Assembly (NCBI RefSeq): GCF_030681155.1
Contig: NZ_JAUXXE010000042.1
Span: 19,638 to 83,637 of the forward strand
Direction: 5' to 3'
DNA from: Phenylobacterium sp.
Lineage (GTDB): Bacteria > Pseudomonadota > Alphaproteobacteria > Caulobacterales > Caulobacteraceae
DNA: 64,000 nucleotides
Positions 33,327 to 42,334 of the stretch are shown in pieces; the stretch's first letter is position 1; every line of letters begins with the position of its first letter. The notes beneath the pieces were generated by a model. That model ran no database searches, was not told the origin of the DNA, and saw nothing but the letters and a program-made list of their open reading frames with translations. The position numbers and the translations under genes were made by a program.

Positions 33327-33772
33327 CGCCGGCGCTTACGCCGCTGATGACGCTGGAGGTGCTGGTCGGCGCTCCGGTGCAGATCGACGCCGCGCCGCAC
33401 GGCCGGCGGTTCATTCCTATTGTCGGCGGAACCGTGGGGGGCGGCCTGACCGGACAGGTCCTGGCCGGGGGCGGTGACTGGCAGACGGTATGGCCGGACG
33501 GCCGAATGGATATCGCCGCCCACTATGTGCTGGAGATCGACGGCCAGGGCACAGTGGAGGTGCGCTCCGACGGCGTGCGCCATGGCCCGCCGGCGGTGCT
33601 GGCCGCCCTGGCGCGCGGCGAGATCGTGGATCCGGCCAGCTACTATTTTCGGACGGCCGTGCGGCTTCGCACAGCCGCGCCCGGCTTGTCGCGCCTCAAC
33701 GCTCTGCTTGCGGTCGCCACCGGCGAGCGCGCGGCGGACCGCGTGCGGCTGCGCGCTTTTGAACTCGGCTAG
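33323..33772 (+). CDS. DUF3237-domain protein
   Basis: It reads GRRFIPIVGGTVGGGLTGQVLAGGGDWQTVWPDGRMDIAAHYVLE. An ATGA overlap joins it to the monooxygenase. Confidence 0.65.
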   Translation: MTPALTPLMTLEVLVGAPVQIDAAPHGRRFIPIVGGTVGGGLTGQVLAGGGDWQTVWPDGRMDIAAHYVLEIDGQGTVEVRSDGVRHGPPAVLAALARGEIVDPASYYFRTAVRLRTAAPGLSRLNALLAVATGERAADRVRLRAFELG

Positions 33773-33787
33773 ATTGGGAGAGGCGTT

Positions 33788-34549
33788 TTGGCCCAGCGTT
33801 TTGAGACCTCGGATGGCGTCGGCGTGGTTTGGCATGAGTGGGGCCCCGAGCATGGCGGCCCCCCGGTGGTGCTGCACCACGGCTTTGCGGTCGGCGCCAA
33901 GACCAACTGGGCTGCGCCGGGCGTCGTCGCGGCGCTGACAGCCGCCGGCCGGCGCGTGGTTGGTATCGACGCGCGTGGGCATGGCGAGTCTGACAAGCCC
34001 CATGACCAGGCCTTCTATGGCGAGGACCGCATGGCGCGCGACCTCTCTGAGCTGATCGACCAACTGGGCGTGCCGGAGGTCGACCTGGTCGGCTATTCGA
34101 TGGGCGCCATCGTCTCGCTGATCTGCGCGACGCGCGAGCCGCGCTTGCGCCGGCTGGTGATCGGCGGGGTCGGGGACGGCATCCTGGCCCAGGGCGGCGT
34201 TGATACGCGGGTGGTCGACAACCACGACATCGTCGCGGCCCTGCTGACCGACGACCTCTCCACCATCGCGCCCGCCGCCTTGGGCTTCCGCCTGCTGGCG
34301 GACGCGACCGGCGCCGACCGCCGCGCCCTGGCCGCCCAGGCGGCTGTCGTTCACGCCAGCCGGATCCCGCTGGAGGAGATCAAGGCGCCGACCTTGGTGC
34401 TGGCGGGCGACAACGATCCGCTGGCCGCGCGTCCAGAACATCTCGCCGCCGCCATCCCCGGCGCGAAGGCCGCGCTCGCCCCCGGCGATCACCGCAGTGT
34501 CGTGGCGTCGAAGGAATTCGTGGCGGCGATCCTGGAGTTCCTGGCCTGA
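33788..34549 (+). CDS. alpha/beta hydrolase
   Basis: It reads VVLHHGF...GHGESDKP...LVGYSMGA. Confidence 0.8.
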   Translation: MAQRFETSDGVGVVWHEWGPEHGGPPVVLHHGFAVGAKTNWAAPGVVAALTAAGRRVVGIDARGHGESDKPHDQAFYGEDRMARDLSELIDQLGVPEVDLVGYSMGAIVSLICATREPRLRRLVIGGVGDGILAQGGVDTRVVDNHDIVAALLTDDLSTIAPAALGFRLLADATGADRRALAAQAAVVHASRIPLEEIKAPTLVLAGDNDPLAARPEHLAAAIPGAKAALAPGDHRSVVASKEFVAAILEFLA

Positions 34550-34653
34550 CAGGGTCCGCCAAAGCACCTGACCCGGCGGCACGCTTGCCGACTCCGAAGT
34601 TCGGCGCATAGTTCCCCCAAAGGCCGCAATGAACGGCTGCTGGGAGGCGCTCG

Positions 34654-36792
34654 ATGAAGACCTTGAAGTGGGCGGCGATGCTTGCCGCGACCGCGTTGCT
34701 AGCGGCCTGTGGTCAGGGCGGCGGGGACAAGGGGCCCGGCAATGTCGACGGAGCGCGGATCGCGGCTGCAAGCGGCAATGGCGAGTGGCTCACCGTCGCG
34801 CGGACCTATGACGAGCAGCGCCACAGTCCGCTCGACAAGATCAACACCACCAATGTCGGCCAGCTCGGCCTGGCCTGGATGTACGAGTTCGACACCGATC
34901 GCGGCCAGGAGGCGACGCCGGTCGTGGTCGACGGGGTGCTCTACACCACCACGGCCTGGTCCAAGGTCTACGCCTTCGACGCCAAGACCGGCGCGCTGAA
35001 GTGGTCATACGATCCCAAGGTCGAGGGCAAGAAGGGCTTCGACGCCTGCTGCGACGTGGTCAATCGCGGCGTCGCGGTCTGGAAGGGCAAGGTCTATGTC
35101 GGCGTGCTCGACGGCCGCCTGGTCGCGCTGGACGCCGGCACCGGCAAGGAAGCCTGGTCGGTTCAGACCACCGACACCGGTCGCCCCTACACCATCACCG
35201 GCGCGCCACGCGTGGTGAAGGACAAGGTGCTGATCGGCAACGGCGGCGGCGAGTACGGGGTTCGCGGCTATCTGTCAGCCTATGACTCGGCCACCGGCAA
35301 GCTGGTCTGGCGCTTCTACACCACGCCCAATCCGAACGGGCAGCCGGACAACGCCGCCTCCGACAAAATCATGAAGGAGAAGGGCGCGGCCACCTGGTTT
35401 GGCGAGGGCTGGAAGGCCACTGGCGGCGGCGGCACGGTCTGGGATTCGATGGCCTATGATCCCGAGCTCGACATCCTCTATGCGGGGGTCGGCAACGGCA
35501 CGCCCTGGAACCATGTGAAGCGTTCGGACGGCAAGGGCGACAACCTATTCCTCTCCTCCGTCCTGGCCCTGAAGCCCGACACTGGCGAGTACGTCTGGCA
35601 CTATCAGACGACGCCCGGCGAGAGCTGGGACTACACGGCCACCCAGCACATCATCCTGGCCGACCTGACAATCAACGGCCAGCCGCGTAAGGTGCTGATG
35701 CAGGCGCCGAAGAACGGCTTCTTCTATGTGCTGGACCGCGCGAACGGCCAGCTGATCTCGGCCAAACCCTATGTGCCGATCACCTGGGCCTCGGGTGTCG
35801 ATCCGGCCACCGGCCGTCCGATCGAGAACCCCGGCGTGCGCTACGAGAACGCGCCGTCGCTGCAGGTCCCGGCCCCGTTCGGCGCGCACAACTGGCACCC
35901 GATGGCCTTCAATCCGAAGGAGGGTCTGGTCTACATCCCAGCCCAGGTGGTGCCCTTCGCCTATACCCCGGACAGGGGTTACACCTTCCGTCCGGGCGCC
36001 TGGAACGTCGGCACCGACTTCCTCGCCAACGCCCTGCCCACCGACGCGGCGCAGATGGCGGCCATCAAGGCGATGGTGAAGGGCGAGCTGATCGCCTGGG
36101 ATCCGGTCGCGCAGAAGGCGCGCTTCACGATCAAGCATCCGTATTTCTGGAACGCCGGGGTGATGTCGACCGCCGGGGGCCTGATCTTCCAGGGCGCAGC
36201 CGAGGGCGAGTTCTCGGCCTACAACGCCGCCGACGGGACCAAGCTGTGGAGCTACAAGACCGACAACGGCGTCATCGCCGCCCCGTCGACCTATGAGATC
36301 GACGGCGAGCAGTATGTGGCCCTGATGGTCGGTTACGGCGGCGCGGGCGCGCTCTCGGCGCCGGCCCTGCTGCCCGAGCGTCCGAGGCTTCCTGGCCGGC
36401 TGATGGTGTTCAAGCTGGGCGGTACGGCCAAGGCCCCGCCCTATGTGCGGCCCGAGCAGGCGGCGCTGGACTTGACCGGCGTCACCTCGACCGGCGACGC
36501 TAAGCGCGGCTTCGCCCTGTTCCATCAGAACTGCCAGGTCTGCCACGGCCCGAACGCTGGCGGGGCCTTCCTGCCCAATTTGCGCCAGTCGCAGATGCTG
36601 CTCTCGGCCGATAGCTGGAAGTCGGTGGTGATCGATGGGGCGCTCGCCGAGCGTGGCATGGCCAGCTTCAGCCGCTTCATCGACGCCAAGGGCGCCGAGG
36701 ACCTGCGCGCCTACGTGCTCAGCGAAGCCCGCGGCGCGGCGGCGCCTGCGGTCCCGGCGGCCAAGGGAGGGGCGGCGACGGCGAAGCGATAA
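34654..36792 (+). CDS. PQQ-dependent quinohemoprotein alcohol dehydrogenase (type II)
   Basis: It has a lipoprotein-like signal (LLAACG), beta-propeller W-repeats ([21 protein letters not shown], the adjacent Cys pair DACCD) and a C-terminal haem-c motif CQVCHG. Confidence 0.9.
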   Translation: MKTLKWAAMLAATALLAACGQGGGDKGPGNVDGARIAAASGNGEWLTVARTYDEQRHSPLDKINTTNVGQLGLAWMYEFDTDRGQEATPVVVDGVLYTTTAWSKVYAFDAKTGALKWSYDPKVEGKKGFDACCDVVNRGVAVWKGKVYVGVLDGRLVALDAGTGKEAWSVQTTDTGRPYTITGAPRVVKDKVLIGNGGGEYGVRGYLSAYDSATGKLVWRFYTTPNPNGQPDNAASDKIMKEKGAATWFGEGWKATGGGGTVWDSMAYDPELDILYAGVGNGTPWNHVKRSDGKGDNLFLSSVLALKPDTGEYVWHYQTTPGESWDYTATQHIILADLTINGQPRKVLMQAPKNGFFYVLDRANGQLISAKPYVPITWASGVDPATGRPIENPGVRYENAPSLQVPAPFGAHNWHPMAFNPKEGLVYIPAQVVPFAYTPDRGYTFRPGAWNVGTDFLANALPTDAAQMAAIKAMVKGELIAWDPVAQKARFTIKHPYFWNAGVMSTAGGLIFQGAAEGEFSAYNAADGTKLWSYKTDNGVIAAPSTYEIDGEQYVALMVGYGGAGALSAPALLPERPRLPGRLMVFKLGGTAKAPPYVRPEQAALDLTGVTSTGDAKRGFALFHQNCQVCHGPNAGGAFLPNLRQSQMLLSADSWKSVVIDGALAERGMASFSRFIDAKGAEDLRAYVLSEARGAAAPAVPAAKGGAATAKR

Positions 36793-37093
36793 TTGGTCGG
36801 GCGTGACGCCTACATCGCGGTCTACATCCTAACGGATCGGATGCGCGGGACGCTCTACATGCGGCGTGACAAGCCAATTGTCACGCCGCATGTGGGAGCA
36901 TCGCGACGGCGTCTATCCAGGCTTCACCAAGCGATATGGGCTGAAGCGGCTGGTCTGGTACGAACCGTACGAGGATATGTCGAACGCCATCCAACGTGAG
37001 AAGTCGCTGAAGCGATGGCCGCGCGATTGGAAGATCAACCTGATCGAGCGGGAGAACCCGCATTGGAGCGATCTCTACGACAGTCTCGCCTAG
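36793..37093 (+). pseudogene. GIY-YIG (URI-domain) nuclease gene with a +1 frameshift near 36860-36863
   Basis: Frame 1 (36793-) gives AYIAVYILTDRMRGTLYM and then nonsense. Frame 2 (36866-37093) gives (G)VTSQLSRRMWEHRDGVYPGFTKRYGLKRLVWYE...EKSLKRWPRDWKINLIE. Deleting one base in TACATGCGGCGTG restores TLYIGVTSQL. Confidence 0.7.
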
Positions 37094-37109
37094 TGGGCGG
37101 GGCGTCGCC

Positions 37110-37270
37110 CCATCTCTCACTTCGTCATCCTGGGCCTTGTGCCTAGGACCCCTTTCACCATCGCAATGAACGGGGAGGGAGTGCCGTCGGCCTCCGTGCG
37201 CGCCTGCATCGCCTCGCAGCCGATAGAGGGGTCCTAGGCACAAGGCCTAGGATGACGAAGATTGGAGATG
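37110..37270. mobile_element. MITE-like element, family 3, copy 1 (about 43-bp terminal inverted repeats, 74-bp core)
   Basis: The left arm is CCATCTCTCACTTCGTCATCCTGGGCCTTGTGCCTAGGACCCC. The reverse complement of the right arm is CCATCTCCAATCTTCGTCATCCTAGGCCTTGTGCCTAGGACCCC. There is no coding capacity. Confidence 0.7.
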
Positions 37271-37337
37271 GCGAGCGAGGTCCTTCCAACTACCTCACCC
37301 CTAGGAGCGGCCGCGGCGAAGGTCTATTTGTCCCCGC

Positions 37338-39128
37338 ATGAACGCACCCGTGAACCTCGACACCATTCCTGAGTGGAACCTCGCCGACCTCTATGCCGGT
37401 CGCGACGATCCCAAGATCGAGATCGATCTGGCCGCCGCCAAGGCCGCCAATGACGAACTGGTCAAGATGAAGGGGCGCTTCACCTCGTTGCGCGGCGACC
37501 CGCTGCACCTGGGTGAATTGCTCGATCACGGCATCAATCTCTATGAGACCGCGACCAACGGCCTGTGGGGCGTTGGGGCCTACGCCTCGCTGGCGGCGTC
37601 GACCGCGCGCGATGACGCGGCCTGGGCCAAGTTCGAGGGCGACCTGCGGGCGCGGTCCTCGCAGATCGCCGCCGACAGCCTCTATTTCACGCTCGAGCTG
37701 AACCAGCTTGAGGACAATGAGATCGAGATGGCCTTTAAGGCCCATCCGCCCGCCGCACGCTGGCGGCCCTGGATGCGCCGCGTGCGGCTCTCACGCCCGC
37801 ATGAACTGTCGGCTGACCTGGAGCGTATCCTGATCGACCGCGGCCCCGCGGTCGCCAACTGGACGCGCCTCTATGACGAGACCCTGGCCCGCCTGACGGC
37901 CAAGGTCGGCCGCGAGAGCCTAACCTTGCCGGAGGCGTTGAACCGTCTTTCCGACCCTGACGCGACCCGCCGTAAGCAGGCGGCCCAGGGCCTGGCAAAG
38001 GCGCTGGAAGAGCGCACTCCGACCCTGGCCCTGTCGATGAACACCCTGGCCTTCGAGAAGCAGGTGGAGGATCGCTGGCGGAAATATCCCGACCCGGCGG
38101 CCTCGCGTCACCTGGCCAATGAAGTCGACGCCGACGCGGTCGAGGCGCTGGAGGCTGCGGTGGTCGAGGCCTATCCGTCGGTCAGCCACCGCTACTACGC
38201 GCTGAAGGCCAAGGTCATGGGCCGCAAGACCCTGGACTATTGGGACCGCAACGCCCCGCTCGACACCGCGCAACCGCGCACCTACGGCTGGGACGAAGCC
38301 AAGGGTATGGTGCTGGAGAGCTTCTCGGACTTGGCGCCCAAGTTCGCCGACACCGCGCGGACCTTCTTCAACGAACCCTGGATCGATGCTCGCCCTCGGT
38401 CGGGCAAGCAGTCGGGCGCCTATTCGCACCCGGTGACCGCCAACCGGCACCCCTATGTGTTCATGAACTATATGGGCGAGCGCCGCGACGTGCTGACCCT
38501 GGCCCACGAACTGGGCCACGCCGTCCACCAGACCTTGTGCAGCCCGCTCGGCACCTTGCTGGCCGACACCCCGCTGACCTTGGCCGAAACCGCCTCGATC
38601 TTTGGCGAGGGCCTGGTGTTCGAACGCCTGCTGGCCGGCGCCTCCAAGCAAGAGCGCATGGGCCTGCTGGCCGGCAAGATCGAGGACGGCCTTAACACCG
38701 TCGTACGCCAGATCGCCTTCCACCGCTTCGAGACTCAGTTCCACGCCATGCGTCAGGAAGGTGAACTGGCGCCTGAGGACATCAGCGCTGTCTGGCTGGA
38801 CGTTATGGCCGAGAGCCTTGGCCCGGCGGTGAAGCTGAACCCCGGCTACGAGCACTACTGGGCCTATGTCAGCCACTTCGTGCACGCGCCGTTCTACGTC
38901 TACGCCTACGCGTTCGGCGATCTGCTGGTGCGCGGCCTGATGGAGAAGCGCCGCGAGGATCCGGCCGGCTTCGCGCCGCTCTACGAGGACTTGCTCGCGG
39001 CCGGCGGCACCAGAACCTATGTCGAGGCGTTGAAGCCTTTCGGACTTAACCCGCGCGAGAAGGCCTTCTGGGCAGCGGGCGTCTCGCAATTGGAACGCCT
39101 GGTCGACGAGTTCGACGATCTGGTCTGA
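37338..39128 (+). CDS. M3-family oligoendopeptidase (PepF-like)
   Basis: The zinc motif reads TLAHELGHAVHQ. The protein is 596 aa. Confidence 0.85.
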   Translation: MNAPVNLDTIPEWNLADLYAGRDDPKIEIDLAAAKAANDELVKMKGRFTSLRGDPLHLGELLDHGINLYETATNGLWGVGAYASLAASTARDDAAWAKFEGDLRARSSQIAADSLYFTLELNQLEDNEIEMAFKAHPPAARWRPWMRRVRLSRPHELSADLERILIDRGPAVANWTRLYDETLARLTAKVGRESLTLPEALNRLSDPDATRRKQAAQGLAKALEERTPTLALSMNTLAFEKQVEDRWRKYPDPAASRHLANEVDADAVEALEAAVVEAYPSVSHRYYALKAKVMGRKTLDYWDRNAPLDTAQPRTYGWDEAKGMVLESFSDLAPKFADTARTFFNEPWIDARPRSGKQSGAYSHPVTANRHPYVFMNYMGERRDVLTLAHELGHAVHQTLCSPLGTLLADTPLTLAETASIFGEGLVFERLLAGASKQERMGLLAGKIEDGLNTVVRQIAFHRFETQFHAMRQEGELAPEDISAVWLDVMAESLGPAVKLNPGYEHYWAYVSHFVHAPFYVYAYAFGDLLVRGLMEKRREDPAGFAPLYEDLLAAGGTRTYVEALKPFGLNPREKAFWAAGVSQLERLVDEFDDLV

Positions 39129-39139
39129 GGAACACGCCA

Positions 39140-40087
39140 ATGACCTCGAAAGTCTCCAATCCCTGGCCTGAGATCGACTTCAGCAAGGACCGTGAGACTT
39201 TCGAGGCGCTTCACCTGTGGAGCCAAATCGTGGGCAAGGCGCGAACCGCCTGTGCGCCCTGGCTCAATCACGGCTGGCAGGTGGCGCTCTATGTCAGCCC
39301 ACGCGGCTTGACCACGTCGTCGGTCCCGAACGGGGCGGCGATCTTCGACATCGAGTTCGACTTCATCGACCACCTGCTGCGGGTGCGGGCCAGCAATGGC
39401 TACAGCGGCGTGCTGCCCCTGGCCGGAGAGACGGTGGCCAGCTTCTACCGCGCGCTCGATGCGATGCTGGTTCACGCGGGCGTTCCCACCCAGATCAACG
39501 GCGCGCCGAACGAGATCGCCGACGCAACGCCCTTCGCCGCCGACGACCGGCCGCGCCGCTATGATCCTGACGCCGCCTCGCGGCTGTGGCGGGCGCTGAT
39601 CCAGATCGACCGGGTGTTCCAGGTCTTCCGCACCGGCTTCCTGGGTAAGTCGAGCCCGGTGCATTTCTTTTGGGGCAGCTTCGATCTGGCGGTGACGCGT
39701 TTTTCCGGCCGTCCCGCACCGCCCCATCCGGGCGGCGTGCCGCACTTGCCCGACAGCGTGGCGCGCGAGGCTTATTCCCACGAGGTGTCCAGCGCCGGGT
39801 TCTGGCCAGGCGGCGGGCTGATCGACTATCCGGCCTTCTATTCCTACGCCTATCCCGAGCCGAAGGGTTTTCGGACTGCGACTTTGGCGCCCGAAGCGGC
39901 GCTGTTCCACGAGGGATTGGGCGAGTTCATCCTGCCCTATGAGGCGGTGCGTACGGCGCCTGACCCCGACGCCACCCTGCTGGATTTCCTGCGCAGCACC
40001 TACGCGGCTGCGGCCGACGCCGGCGGTTGGGATCGGCGGGCGCTGGAATGCGATTTCGGACAGCCCGGCGTGCCGCGGCCCTGCTGA
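39140..40087 (+). CDS. conserved hypothetical protein (DUF5996-like)
   Basis: The 315-aa ORF has good codon bias and a GAGGAA SD. It reads ...SSPVHFFWGSFDLAVTRFSG.... The family name is from memory only. Confidence 0.55.
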   Translation: MTSKVSNPWPEIDFSKDRETFEALHLWSQIVGKARTACAPWLNHGWQVALYVSPRGLTTSSVPNGAAIFDIEFDFIDHLLRVRASNGYSGVLPLAGETVASFYRALDAMLVHAGVPTQINGAPNEIADATPFAADDRPRRYDPDAASRLWRALIQIDRVFQVFRTGFLGKSSPVHFFWGSFDLAVTRFSGRPAPPHPGGVPHLPDSVAREAYSHEVSSAGFWPGGGLIDYPAFYSYAYPEPKGFRTATLAPEAALFHEGLGEFILPYEAVRTAPDPDATLLDFLRSTYAAAADAGGWDRRALECDFGQPGVPRPC

Positions 40088-40158
40088 ACGCCGGCCCGGT
40101 GGTTGCTCGTGCGCGGCTCAGCCCCTAAGCGCTTCCACTACAAAAGGGTCTGATTTCC

Positions 40159-40800
40159 ATGAGTAAGCACTGGTCCCGCGTCGAGTATCTGCATCTGACG
40201 CTCACCAATCCGAACATCCATCTTCGCGGCACGCACAGCTATTACAGCGACGCTTGGACGGGTGGGTTCGAGGACAGCGTGGTCCGCTATCACTACGGCG
40301 ACGCCTACAGCCGCGAGGCCTGGACGCCGCAGTGGCCGATCGATCAACTCCACATCGGCGACTATGTCTGCATCGGCGCCGAGGCGGTCATCCTGATGGG
40401 CGGCAATCACACTCACCGCACCGATTGGTTTAGCCTCTACCCCTTCGAGGAGGTCATTCTCGATGCATATCAGGGCAAGGGCGATACGGTGATCGCCGAC
40501 GGCGCCTGGATCGGCATGCGGGCCATGCTGATGCCCGGCGTAACGGTCGGCGAGGGCGCTATCGTCGCGTCCGGCGCGATCGTCACCAAGGACGTTGCGC
40601 CCTACATGATCGTTGCCGGAAACCCCGCCACGCCGGTGCGCTCGCGCTTCGACGAGGGCACGGTCGAGCGGTTGCTGGCCCTGAAGATCTACGATTGGCC
40701 CGAGGCCAAGTTCGCCGCCTTGCAGCCGGTGGTTTGCGCTGGCGATATCGAGGCGCTGGTCGCCGAATCGGCGCGGTGGGACGAGGCGTCACGCGCGTAG
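40159..40800 (+). CDS. xenobiotic acyltransferase (XAT) hexapeptide-repeat family, Vat/CatB-like
   Basis: It reads RYHYGDAY...LHIGDYVCIGAEAVILMGGNHTHRTDWFSLYPF...KGDTVIADGAWIGMRAMLMPGVTVGEGAIVASGAIVTKDVAPYMIVAGNPATPVRSRF. Confidence 0.75.
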   Translation: MSKHWSRVEYLHLTLTNPNIHLRGTHSYYSDAWTGGFEDSVVRYHYGDAYSREAWTPQWPIDQLHIGDYVCIGAEAVILMGGNHTHRTDWFSLYPFEEVILDAYQGKGDTVIADGAWIGMRAMLMPGVTVGEGAIVASGAIVTKDVAPYMIVAGNPATPVRSRFDEGTVERLLALKIYDWPEAKFAALQPVVCAGDIEALVAESARWDEASRA

Positions 40801-40828
40801 GCGCCACGAGGCCGAGGGGGCGAGCGCC

Positions 40829-41596
40829 ATGAGTGAGACCGAAGAGCTGATCCGGCTGAGCGTGCGCGCGCTGGTCGCCCAGATGGGCGGAGTGCCCGGC
40901 GTCGAAATGCACATGACCCGGGATTGTATCCTGGGCCTGACCGGCGAGCCCCTGGCTGACTTCAACATGCTGACCCTCGGTCCTGACCCCGACGCCGAGG
41001 GTTTCCTCACGCGAGCGGTGGCGCGCGCGAAGGCGCGGGGGCTGCCCCTCACCGCAATGATGAGCCCGCAGGTGGCGCAAGGCCTGGCGCCGGTCGCAAC
41101 GCGGCTGGGCTTGAGGGCGGTGGGGACGGCCCCGCTCATGGTGCTACGCGCCGGCACGCCGGTTCCGGTAAGCCGCCCGGTGAAGGTCACCCGAGCGCTC
41201 GGCGACGAACTCGTGGGTATTGCGGGCGACCTTGTCGCCGCGGCGTTCGACATCCAGCGCGACGCCGTCGCCAGATGCATCGATGTGGGGATCACCGAAA
41301 CCGCGGGTGTCGAAACCTACATCGGCTGCGGCGACGAGGGAGCCATGAGCGCCGTCTCCGTGACGCCGACTGGAAATACGGCGGGGATATCGCTCATGGC
41401 CACGCCGCCGGAGCATCAGCGCAGGGGCATGGGCCGCGCCCTGCTCACCCAGGTGATCGCGGACTATCGGGGCCGCGGCGTGGAGCGCTTCCATCTGGGC
41501 GCCACCGAAGCTGGCCGGCCGCTCTATGCCAGCCTCGGCTTCGAACCGATCGCCGACCTCACCGCCTGGCTCCTAGACGCACCGCCGGAAGGCTGA
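40829..41596 (+). CDS. GNAT family N-acetyltransferase
   Basis: The acetyl-CoA pocket reads PEHQRRGMGRALLTQVI...LGATEAGRPLYASLGF. Confidence 0.75.
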   Translation: MSETEELIRLSVRALVAQMGGVPGVEMHMTRDCILGLTGEPLADFNMLTLGPDPDAEGFLTRAVARAKARGLPLTAMMSPQVAQGLAPVATRLGLRAVGTAPLMVLRAGTPVPVSRPVKVTRALGDELVGIAGDLVAAAFDIQRDAVARCIDVGITETAGVETYIGCGDEGAMSAVSVTPTGNTAGISLMATPPEHQRRGMGRALLTQVIADYRGRGVERFHLGATEAGRPLYASLGFEPIADLTAWLLDAPPEG

Positions 41597-41599
41597 CGC

Positions 41600-42172
41600 T
41601 CAGGCCGCGGCCTTCGCCCGCACGAACTGCGCGAAACCTTCAAGATAGCCCTTCAGCATCGCTTCCATGGCGGGGTCGGCGAAGCTGTCGTTCTCGCCGA
41701 ACGCCTTGTGGGCCCGGGACAGCATCAGGCGGCCGCCGAAATAGGGCTCGGTTCCCAAGGTGCGCAGCACCGGCAGCCAGGCGTTCTGGCTGAGAATGGT
41801 GCCGAACCCGCCCGGCGAGGCGCCGATCAGCCCGACCGGTTTGGCGCCGAACACGCGCGCAATGTCGTCGGCAGGCCGGGTCAGCCAATCGATGGCGTTC
41901 TTGAACACACCGGGGATCGAGTTGTTGTACTCGGGCGTCACCAGCAGCAGGCCGTCGGCGGCGGCGATATCGTCTTTCAGCGCGGCGACCAGCGGCGGTA
42001 TGCCGTCTGCGGCTTCCACGTCGCCATCATAGAGCGGGATGCCGCGGATCGTGCCGGCGGTGATCGTAACCCCCTCCGGCGCCAGGGCGACCGCGGCGCG
42101 GAGCAGTTGGGCGTTGTATGAGCCGCTGCGCAGGCTGCCGGACAGGCTGACGATACGGATGGGGGCGGTCAT
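41600..42172 (-). CDS. NADPH-dependent FMN reductase family (ChrR/YieF-like)
   Basis: It reads IRIVSLSGSLRSGSYN...ADGLLLVTPEYNNSIPGVFKNAIDWLTR. Confidence 0.85.
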   Translation of the reverse strand: MTAPIRIVSLSGSLRSGSYNAQLLRAAVALAPEGVTITAGTIRGIPLYDGDVEAADGIPPLVAALKDDIAAADGLLLVTPEYNNSIPGVFKNAIDWLTRPADDIARVFGAKPVGLIGASPGGFGTILSQNAWLPVLRTLGTEPYFGGRLMLSRAHKAFGENDSFADPAMEAMLKGYLEGFAQFVRAKAAA

Positions 42173-42213
42173 GAAATGCCTATCGATGTTACGGTGGGAG
42201 CTACCCTATCAAA

Positions 42214-42320
42214 TTCGTCATCGCCGGGCTTGTCCCGGCGACCCATAAACGTGAACCGCCCCGGCAAATCCCGAGCGGCGGTACTTATGGATGGCCGGCA
42301 CAAGTGGCCGGCCATGACGA
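42214..42320. repeat. palindromic intergenic element, possibly related to family 3
   Basis: The left arm is TTCGTCATCGCCGGGCTTGTCCCGGCGACCCATAA. The reverse complement of the right arm is TCGTCATGGCCGGCCACTTGTGCCGGCCATCCATAAG. It shares TTCGTCATC...GGGC.TTGT.CC with the 37110 element. Confidence 0.6.
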
Positions 42321-42334
42321 TCTTGGTCGGGAGG

